From Geosiphon pyriformis uo1 (lineage: Eukaryota; Fungi; Glomeromycota): 64,000 nucleotides of DNA. The position numbers and the translations under genes are program-made. The DNA lies in NCBI GenBank assembly GCA_016748015.1, contig JAAOMT010000254.1:186001-250000 (forward strand), read 5' to 3'. The first letter of the stretch is position 1. Every line of letters starts with the position of its first letter. Of this stretch, positions 54,433 through 64,000 are shown one piece after another. The notes under the pieces are model-generated. The model saw only the letters and a program-made list of their open reading frames with translations. It ran no database searches and was not told the DNA's origin.

Positions 54433-56853
54433 AAAACTCTTTTTCTCCTAATTTTTATGATCATAACTAGAGCTAAGAGTAAAAAAGTTGCAAACAGTAC
54501 TTTTTCTATAGTAATTAATAAAGTTTCAACACAAGAGGGTCTCTCTGTTATTGAAGCAGCTAGACAAAACGTTCTGGCAACATTTCCTTTAAAAAATATT
54601 AATAAAAAGCTGCCTTTAGTAGCTCTGGTTCATTTTCTTCTTTTTTGGCTGGAAGTTCTTTTCCAGTCAAAGTTTCTTCAAAAAAACACACTTGGGTTAG
54701 TCTTAGTGTTGTCTTTATTACTTTAAAAAGCCCAAAGATTTTTAATAACAGACCAGTCAACAAGTTGGTCTTTTCTGCTCTTACTACTCTTACTACTACT
54801 ACTATTACTACTACTACTACTACTATTACTACTATTACTACTGTTTCACAAATGGCTGCAAAAGCAAAAAATTCCAAAAAACAGCAGCAGGCAGTCACAA
54901 TTACTATGGTCACACCTAACTTCTTTGTGGTTTCAGATGAGATCTTGGGTAAGATCTCTATAATAGCAGCCAGTCTTTTTCCTGATATGGATAACAACAG
55001 CAGCAGCATATCTCCCAAGATAGACCAAGATTAACCACTGGCTGTGTTGCCTGATGTGGTAATTTCCAGCAGATCATCACCAATCTCAGAAGCAAAATAG
55101 TCCATTATTTCAGATGATCTCAAAGATTGGGCTGATCAGATGGAAATAGAATTAACTGCTTCTCCCCCATTTTCTGGTGCTGTTGATGGTGGTGCTTGGG
55201 AGAATGTAAATAGTCATCAAAAATACACTGGTTAGATGGCCTCCAATCTAGTACCTGGTACTACATTTAATATCAAGATGGCCCTACTTAGTTTTTTGTT
55301 TCAGTTGCTGTCTGGTTGTATTGGGCTTAAGTCTGTTTTAAAAAATGCTGTTAAGTTGTTCTGTATGGAATTTGCATCTCAAGAAAGTCTAAATGGTGCC
55401 ACTAAAGTGGCCATTGGTGATGAAGTTTTTTTGATTATTTTTAAAATTGCATGGTCTTCTGGTGTGGTCTCTGTTTCTTCTCCTTCTTTGTCAGTTGTAC
55501 TTTGTGATGTGTCTTTTGGCACCTCTTTTGATGACATCAAAATTGCTCTTGGCATTTTTGGTGTTGTTACTTCTGTTAAGTTAAAGCCTGCTGGTTTATG
55601 GCAATATGCTGTGGTTCATTTCAAAGACACTTTTTTTGCTGCTGCTGCTTTTACTCACTGGTCTGTGCTGGTTAGGAAAAACAATATTAGAATTCTTCCT
55701 GTTATCAACCAAAATGATGTTATTTCTTCAAGAAATACCTTTAAAGCTAAGTTGATTAATCTTCTCTTTGGCTATACTGCCTTTGAGATAAGTAATTTGG
55801 TCTCCCAAGTTGGTGGCCATACATGTTTCATTCCTCACTTCCTTGAATCTTACTGATGTCAATGCTTTGCTGTAGTTATTTTTGATTTCTTGGAATCTCT
55901 GAATGTTGCTGTGTCAAAGACTGGTATCTTACATGGTTGCCACATCTGGTGAAAAACTTCTGGATGTTGTCACTGCTACAGGTGTCAAGACTTGGATCAT
56001 TTGGCTGTAAACTGCAAGGTATTACCTCCAATTCTTCTGGTGCCCCCAAAGTTTTCAAACCTTCATTTGCTGGATCTAAATCTTATGCCAAAGCTGCTGC
56101 CTTTGTGGTTCCTTCTGTTGCTGCTACTGCTGATATGGACTTGGATCTTGGTGGTCTCCTCAAAACTACAACACCCATGTTGTTTGCTGTTTTTTCTGCT
56201 CCCAATTTTGCTGTTAAATCTAGATTGGCTTCTCTAAAATCCCATCTTAGTGAACTGTCTGTGTTGATAAAGTTCTTGGTTGAGCCTGTTTGTGCTCTGG
56301 TTGTATTAGTTATTAAATTGCTGTCTATTTCAACTGCCATAGATGTGTCAGTTAAAGAATGTGTGAATGAGTTGGCTAAGCAAAATAAAGGCTTGGCTGC
56401 TGTTGCCATTGTAATGCAGAAAAAAATGACATGCCTTGAGAAAAAATGTAAATGGGCCTGAATCAGATGATAACATGGTTGATGATGATAATGATAATAA
56501 TGATAAAAATTTTTCAGTCTATAATAACATTTTTGATGTTATGATACACTTTTAAAAAGATCAGCCTTCTGAAATCAAATCCAGTCTTAATCAAACTGCT
56601 AAGTGAATGAGTGGTATGGTTAAAGATAGTTATGAGCTTGTTAGCATTATAAGTAAGATGTATGAATTAGATATGTTTAATACATTAGGTAGCAAAGGTA
56701 GTACTAACATGTAGTTAGGGCTTTCTACTTGTGGTTAGCCATATTTTGTGATTTGTATTATTAAGTAAACTGGCTTTATAAAAGCACCACATTATTGTGA
56801 ACATAACTAATAAACAACCAGCATAGTTACACATTAACAAAAAAAATAAAAAA
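54433..56853 (+). mobile_element. H6: ORF1-only retroposon
   Basis: 15-bp TSD ATGAAGAAAATAACT / ATAAAAAAAACAACT (transitions only); A-tail. Confidence 0.88.
54783..54842 (+). repeat. (ACT)n microsatellite encoding poly-Thr in the H6 ORF
   Basis: Directly visible; shorter in the other H copies. Confidence 0.85.
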
Positions 56854-56902
56854 ATAAAAAAAACAACTTCAGAGATATAGGCAGAAATTTTGGACATTAT
56901 AC

Positions 56903-57357
56903 TGTTATGATTGAAACTTATACTTCTTATTAATTATCACATGTATTAGCCACTGCTGTCATATAAATTAGCCACTCTATTTTTAGAAAGTGATCATTGA
57001 CCTGATCAATGACTTGACTGTTGACCTGATTATTGACCTGATTATTGACCTGATTAATGACCTGATTATTGACCTAATTATTGACCTGATCATTGATCTG
57101 ACTATTGATCTGATTATTGACCACTTTTGACAGCTATATAAGTGATGAATCTCTTAGCTGTAGAAAAGCATGTAAGAATAAAAAGAAATAAAAGAAATAA
57201 AATAACAACTTCATCTCAATCCTTCTTTTATCACTAATTTCTCTTTTCTACTTTCAAGTATCTGAACATCTTAAAGATAAAAGATTACTTGTTGGTTATT
57301 TCCTACTCTTTTCCTGAACATGTAATTGCAATATTTGGAGATTATTGAATAAAATGT
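56903..57357 (+). repeat. Family A LTR (A3), interrupted by element E; probably a new insertion in the 3' ORF of F
   Basis: Starts TGTTATG, carries the 12-bp array, colinear with the reverse complement of 50336-49965; no PPT upstream. Confidence 0.8.
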
Positions 57358-58234
57358 TGTTACTCATAGAAATATAGGAAATATATTAGCATAATTATTA
57401 GCCAATCAGAAGTAGGCATAGTAAATATGAAATTCCAGGATTCCTCTCAGGAATTGCAGGATTCCAGAAATTTTAGGATTCTCTGACAAGGAATTACAGA
57501 ATTCCAGAATTCCAGGATTCTTCTCAAAAGAATTACAGGATTCCAGGAATTCCAGAATTCCTGTCGTGAAGAATTGAGGAATTAAGAAATCTCAATTATA
57601 TATATATAGCAGCAGAATTAGAAGCTGAAAAGACAGACCTCTTAGTTTAGATTTAATCTAAGCAATACTCCAAATCACAAGCATCTAATAAATAACTATT
57701 TGTTATCTTAAACCCATTTTCACTATCAATACTTCATATTGATAGTAATTGATACTTAACCATACTGAAACAATAGCTTTTGATCACGGCTATTGACAGA
57801 ATACTAACTTGTAAATTGTCTTGGCTTATTTCTTTTCTTTCTTTATTTTATTTTCTTTTTTTTATTTTCTTACTTTGATTTTATTGTTGTTTACTAACTC
57901 TATTGAGGATTAATGCGTGGGGCACTGACGTTAGGATAAACGTGACTGGTAAAAGACCCAGAAATAAGGATAGAACACTTGATTGAGGATAGCTTACCAA
58001 AAGGAATACTGGCCATCAAGCTAAGAAAAAAATTGACGAAACTGCGGTTTCGGGAAGCTACGGATAAAACTATTACTATTGAATCTCTGTCTATTATACA
58101 AAGAACTCAACCAAACCCTTCAGATACAAAACCTTCAGATACCAAACCTTCAGATCATTGACAATGAGAATAGCTTTGAGCACCAAGTTACAGGTTTGTA
58201 TTTAATTCAACATCAGAAATTGTTACCTGTAACA
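57358..58234 (+). repeat. 5' LTR of E
   Basis: TGTTAC...GTAACA; GGAATTCC-rich U3 array at 57430-57565; TATA-like run near 57597; three 14-15-bp repeats at 58113-58157. Confidence 0.93.
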
Positions 58235-58296
58235 TTTGGTGCTTCCTGTGAGGTATAATTTTACAGAGAACTAGCACCAACAAACACCATCTAAAA

Positions 58297-60960
58297 GTGA
58301 CAGAATCAGAAAACATAGGAGCAAACCATTTAGGATTTGCGAAATCTCTATTTCAACACTATTGTCAACACTTGGGATTAAACCACAATCATATATTTGC
58401 CGAATCTGTTTTTAATTTTTACGTCAATGAAAAGATTTCCTCTTTGTTAGGAACACCAGTGAATACTAAATCAGCCAGGAAAACTTTCTACAGAGAATTA
58501 ATTCAAAATACTAATCTGCCAACAAATCACAATTTTGTCTCCATCATTACTGAGATCAACAAAAAAATTAAACATCACATTCAACAAAAATATCCAATTA
58601 CTTATGCCAGTAAAGGCAAAAGAAAACTACAAACACCAGTGGTAATACCCAAAAGGATACAATCACCTACTTGGAAGAAAACAAGAGTTGAATCACCAAC
58701 TGCTCCATCCTATCACTACACACCAGAAAGCACCATCAATATAACATCAGTAAACACATCCACATCAAACACAATATCAACATTTGGACAATTCCCATTT
58801 CAAAGTAAACAAAGAAAAACAGATCTACTAAGACCATACGGCAAATATTTTGAAGGATTTAAGTCATAATCACCAACACCATTAGGAATTCGATTACCAC
58901 CGCCTCAACCAGACTTTGGAACCACTACCCCATGGAAACTATCTAAAGAAGAAGAGGAAAAAGAATTGGAAGATCAAAAATTTACTTACCAAAACCTGAT
59001 CCTTGAAAACCCGGAATTTAGAATCCTAAATGTTCAAACTCAGCAAAAAAATCTGGAAATTGAAATTCCAAATATTCAAGTACCACAAAATCAAAACCCC
59101 AAAGTAATTAATCAACACTTACCTCCAATTATTGTTATTGATCAACTACCAGTTGAACCAATTGGTCAGCCCATCCAAATACCAAACCAACAAACTCAAC
59201 AATCACCCTCAGTACCACCTCAACAACAACAACAACTTTCACTACAGCAACAACAACAAATGGCATACACACCAATCACGAAGTTCGACAAATTCACTAG
59301 CAAAGAAGACAATGCACAAGTTTGGTTGAATGATATAGAAAAAGCCATCACAGTCAATGGATGGAATGATGCCAGAGCCATGCAAGCCATACCTTATTTT
59401 CTCAAGGATACAGCAGATTCATGGTATCAAAGCCTGGTCAACAAATTCCAAGATTTCAATGTCTTCAAATTAGAATTTTTGAGATATTTTAGCAATAACA
59501 ACAGCATCAACAGATTAGCCAACACTTTCACTACAATTAAACAAAGAGAAATTGAAGCAGTTACTACATATCTGGGACACTTCCATAGAAATCTGTGACA
59601 AATCCAAGCAATTGATGCTAATTATTTCACAGCACCACAAATTCTCAATCAATTCATCCATGGCCTGTGCAGTAGCATCCTGCAACACGTATGTCCATTG
59701 TATCCAGTTACTCTTCAGGATACAGTTACACATGCCAGAGATTTCAAATCTGCCAAATTAGAAGCCAATTATGCCCACACTGTGAACTTAGTGATGAATA
59801 GATCATCTGAATTGGATTTTAAATTGAAACAATTCAGTGATTCAATTAATCAGAAGTTAGAGGGATACTTAGCTGACAATTGTGCAATTTATCAACCACC
59901 ACAATGACACAACAATCCAGGAAACACAAATTGTTTCCAAAATCAGTCACATTCATCATTAGCATCAGCAGCACCTAATCAGCCATGGCAGCCAGAAACG
60001 TGTGTTTGCCACAACTGTGGTAAACAAGAACACATAAGAGCAGACTGCAGATTTTATAGCAACAATTCATGATCAGAAAATCAATATCGAAACCTCAATC
60101 ACAGATTTCAAACTCTGAATTGTTACCCAAATCAAGATCAAACTACTTACCTGCCAATAATGCAACCACCAATCTATCAACTGCCAGTATATTAACTTTA
60201 AATTTATCAACTGCAGCCACCAGTAATCTATTAGCCGCAATCCCAAATAATTTATCAACCTTAATCAATTCAAACACTACCCCAAAATTCAGTTAATATG
60301 ACATCAGACCACCCCAGACCTAGAATCACACAAAACTGGAAATCAGCAATGGTTGTCCACTAACCGATCCCCAGTTCTTCCAACTCACTATTAGGATTAC
60401 GTTCTCGGAATTTGGATACCAGTGCCACCCAAAACCCAAATTCCCAGAACTATTTAAGTCTCCTGGTTACTCTAAAAGATGCCACCAACACCAATTTGGG
60501 ATCCAACCAACAATTAACACTTACTAGCAATATTCTACCAGCCACCGTCACAGAAGACAAGTTACTCACAGCCATATTTCCATTTGAAATTGAGGAACCA
60601 TTAGGAGTTCCTTTGTTCAATGGAGCCACTATTGAGAAAAAACCCATCACAGCGATGTACACCAATGCCAAAATTGATGGCCATTCCATCAAGCTCATTC
60701 TTGATAGTGGGTCAGCAGGTAGCATTATTACATGACAACTCATGGACCAATTAGGTTGTCGAGTTGATCATGCTGTCAGCGCCAGAATTATAACAGCTGA
60801 TGGAGCAACCAAAACTCTTATTGGCGAGATTGATAATCTATCCATTGAAATCAATGGCATTACTGTATTAATCAAGATATTAATAATGGAAGCAACCCAG
60901 TACCAAGCTCTCATTGGCAATGACTAGTTGTCCAAAACCAATGCAATGCTCGACTGGAAC
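58297..60960 (+). pseudogene. E gag and protease (one frame, with in-frame stops)
   Basis: ORFs at 58297, 58966, 59698, 60412 and 60742 share a frame; CHNCGKQEHIRADC; LILDSGSAGSII; ALIGND. Confidence 0.92.
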
Positions 60961-62264
60961 ACACAGAAACTCCAACTTAGCCAAAACGGCCAATACATGC
61001 AAGTACCAGCCATGTGTGGCCATTTCAAACCTAACAACATCATGTCATCAATGCCACTCATCGATTTAGAGAAAGAAAAAACAAAGCCTACTTGGGAGGC
61101 ATACCAAGTATTGTGGACCAACACCAACCACAACAAACTACCACCAATACTCTTGTGGAACGACAACCCCAAGGAAAAGCAAAAAGAGGAACTGATTTGG
61201 AAGACAGACAATTTGACCTGGACTGACAATAAACAGGAAGAACTATTGAGTTGGGAATGGAAAGAAGAAAAGAGAAAAGGAAAAGAGAGGGAGAAAAAAA
61301 ACACTCAAGTCAACAATACTTATATCCCATACACCTATGGTCAACAACAATCATCAACCTATCACTGACCCAAACTGATATGCATTGATTGTGGCAAGAA
61401 ATTGTCATCAATGGGTGCATGCTGTAGCAACAACAAAGAATATCAGATGGTAACCAAGTTCTATTGCTGCACATGCCACATTGAATGTTTTGGAAGACCA
61501 AAATGAGTGGGAAAATGGAATAATACACCATGTCTAGCCTGTGGAGAAACTCTCTTTGACGAAGGAATGTGGAATGACATTCCGGAGAGAGGAGGAATGT
61601 GCGATGTTTTCTGCCAATACACAATCCTCATCAGTGACTGGATTGAAAAAGGGACACCAATAGAAGCCGTCTGAAAAAGAGCTGTACAGCAACTAGACAG
61701 TTGTCCACATGACGATGATGAAATTTAGAGAATGGCAATTACCAAAATAGAAGAAGCGACACCCGAAGAGATCAGAAAAATCAAAAACAACCCACCAGAA
61801 CCCATCGAGCTTGACTGAAACGCAGAGCCAGTCATAAATTTCCTGAAACCAGAAGAGTTCTATGAGCACTACCAAAACTTGGCACCCACTAGAGAGGAGC
61901 AAGAACAATGGCTAGCACAGTTGAATACAAGACTGTGTCACCATTGTTTAATTCCCAGTGACTTTGAATATTGTAACAATTGTGACCTTATTTACAATCT
62001 ACCACCATGCATGATCTACATGATCTCTGAAGAAGAAAAACCAATCAGCAGCTGTGCATTGGAGTCGGAATCACCATTCAATCCCAATTCAAACTCCAAC
62101 AATGATGACAACGAGAATAACAGTTCAAAATGGCAACAACTCCAACTCAGATTCAAACCCCAATTCAAACCATGAACAATATATTGTACTTCCTGACCTC
62201 TCCAAAGAACAAGAGCTCAAATGGTTTAGTCATAATAGTGAAAGTATCATGCCAGAACACACAC

Positions 62265-62645
62265 ATGATATGGATGCAGAGTTTGATCTAAGATATCCAG
62301 GAAAAGATGCCATCAAATTGGAACCAAATGCATGAATATGCATTGATTTGAAAATAGCTCTAGAGATTTCAGCAACAACCATGGTTTTTTTAGCATCTAG
62401 AAGTAGTTTAGCAAAGAAAGGAATTAATATTAGAGGGGGAATAGTAGATACAGGATATACAAGAAATATCAATGTCATGCTACAAAATGACTTAGAAAAG
62501 ACCTATACAATTGAGCCAAATAAAAAGATAGCACAGGCCATATTCCTGTCATTAGTCAAAATAGCCAGCTTAGTGGAAGTGAGAACAAGGGAGGAATTGG
62601 GAATAACAGCAAGAGGGATACAGGGATTTGGGTCAATGGATAGAA
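62265..62645 (+). pseudogene. E dUTPase domain
   Basis: DAEFDL, SRSSLA, GGIVDTGYT, KIAQAIF, RGIQGFGS. Confidence 0.92.
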
Positions 62646-63149
62646 TAGAGGTATTAGTTAATATGGTGGAGAAAGAAATTGTTGGCCAAGGAGAAATTAT
62701 CTCAACCGGTTAAGCTATTTCTATTTTACCATATAGCCAGTACATGCTAGCAATAGAAAGAAAAGAAAAGGAGCAAGAACAGATTTTTGAAGCTGAAGCA
62801 AATCTTTGTGAATCAAGAGAAATTGGACTAATCAATCTCTACATACTAGCCAAAAGCTATAGCTGCATAAAAATTCCCATCTACAACAACACTGACAAAG
62901 TCATCAACATACCAGAAGGAACTACCATCAGATATTTAACCACAGAAATAGAAGACCAACCACCAAACCCCATTCCAGACTTTCCACAACTTTGTGGATA
63001 TGTCAACATTACATTACAAACAATTTATAAATGAGACGAATGTTATTTGCTCCAACCAGAACAATTAAAACAAATGAACATAAAAAATCTAGACCCACTA
63101 CAACATATGCAGCTCAAGATGTTACTCAACAATTTCAATGACATCTTTG

Positions 63150-64000
63150 CCAGTGAAAATGAATTTGGCAGAACTGACATTATCTAATATTAAATCAAGA
63201 CCGGAGATATAATGCCAATCAAACAGTGAGCATACAGGATACTACCAGCCAGCCATGAAATTATTCATCAAGAGATTAATTGAATGCTTGAAAATGGGCT
63301 AATCCAGCCATCTATGAGCCCATAGTCATCACCAGTGGTACTTGTCCATAAAAAGAATGGAAAAATCCGATTTTGTGTGGATTACAGAAAACTCAATAGT
63401 GTAACTCATGGAAACAGCTACCCGACTCCATGAATCCAGGAATTATTCGATGCTTTTGGTGGAAACAAATGGTTCTCAACATTAGACTTGAATAGTGATT
63501 ACTGGCAAATAGCCATGGATCCAGCCAACAAGGAAAAGATGGCATTCACTACTAGAAAAGAGAATTTCGAATTTGAAGTAATGCCTTTTGGCTTAACCAA
63601 TACCCCAGCCACTTTCCAATGGCTAATGGAAATTGTTTATACTGGCTTATTGTGGAAATCAGTAGTTGTATACTTGGATGACACCAATGTATTCTCAAAA
63701 ACATTTGATGATTATCTTCATCATCTTCAATAAGTGTTTGAAAGGCTAAGAAGAGCAGAACTAAAGTTAAATACAACAAAATGCTTCTTCGGCAAGACAG
63801 AATTAAAATTCTTGGGACACATAGTCAGCAAAGACAGCATCAAAACGGATCCAAAGAAAATAGAGATAGTAAAGAACTTTCCAGTACCAACCAATATGAC
63901 TGAATTGAAATCATTTTTGGGATTTGCAAGCTATTATCGATGCTTTATAAAGAACTTTTCCAAGATAGTGCAACCACTCAACCAACTGCAAACCAAGAAT
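63150..64000 (+). pseudogene. E reverse transcriptase (partial)
   Basis: RFCVDYRKLN, TLDLNSDYWQ, VMPFGLTNTPATF, VYLDD, FLGH. Confidence 0.95.

Larger units (their letters stand above)
50337..56902 (+). mobile_element. Family A element F, 3' part (integrase 50360-51315 and 53741-54080; 3' ORF about 54090-54432 and 56854-56902); outermost host element
   Basis: Reverse-complement homolog of 1140-2670; continuous across the H5 and H6 TSDs. Confidence 0.85.
57358..64000 (+). mobile_element. Ty3/Gypsy family B element E (5' LTR, gag, PR, Cys-rich domain, dUTPase, RT; runs off the right edge); least decayed copy
   Basis: LTR 57358-58234 homologous to B LTRs; PBS 58237-58253; intact DSG and YLDD (63671-63682). 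Confidence 0.95.

Noticed and set aside
41158-56853. H copies as a tandem host gene family or ordinary processed pseudogenes
   Set aside because: Each has its own TSD, they form subfamilies, insert into each other, and share the LINE 3' tail and an ORF1-like domain layout.
56903-57357. LTR A3 as the 3' LTR of element F
   Set aside because: No polypurine tract precedes it and it cuts the F 3' ORF mid-frame. A separate insertion is more likely, though not provable inside the window.

Overview
Eukaryotic, very AT-rich and CpG-depleted DNA with no intact host gene. The whole 64 kb is a nested pile of decayed retroelements. The protein families look like those of Glomeromycotina fungi (Geosiphon/arbuscular-mycorrhizal type); that assignment is recognition-based inference. 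From LTR pairs, PBS/PPT motifs, poly(A) tails and target-site duplications (TSDs) I resolve 15 insertions. Eight are Ty3/Gypsy LTR elements of three families: family A without dUTPase (A1 1-1139, G 1140-50336, F 50337-56902, LTR A3 56903-57357), family B with dUTPase (B 4273-14271, E 57358 to the window end) and family C/D with dUTPase (C 16852-36517, with D 22941-32755 nested inside). One is a 5'-truncated LINE carrying RT, RNase H and a CCHC finger (15524-40950). Six are full-length ~2.4 kb poly(A)-tailed, TSD-flanked elements (H1-H6) that encode only an ORF1-like RRM/CCHC/coiled-coil protein, have no RT or endonuclease, and share their structured 3' tail with the LINE. These form a HAL1-like (half-LINE) non-autonomous retroposon family sitting next to a candidate partner LINE. 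Nesting is five levels deep (F>G>LINE>C>D). The Gypsy elements carry unusual cargo: a Met-free N-terminal Gag extension, a Cys-rich domain plus dUTPase between protease and RT (families B, C/D), and a soluble accessory ORF in the env position. Decay is almost entirely by C>T/G>A transitions. All coordinates were read by eye; internal domain limits are approximate.
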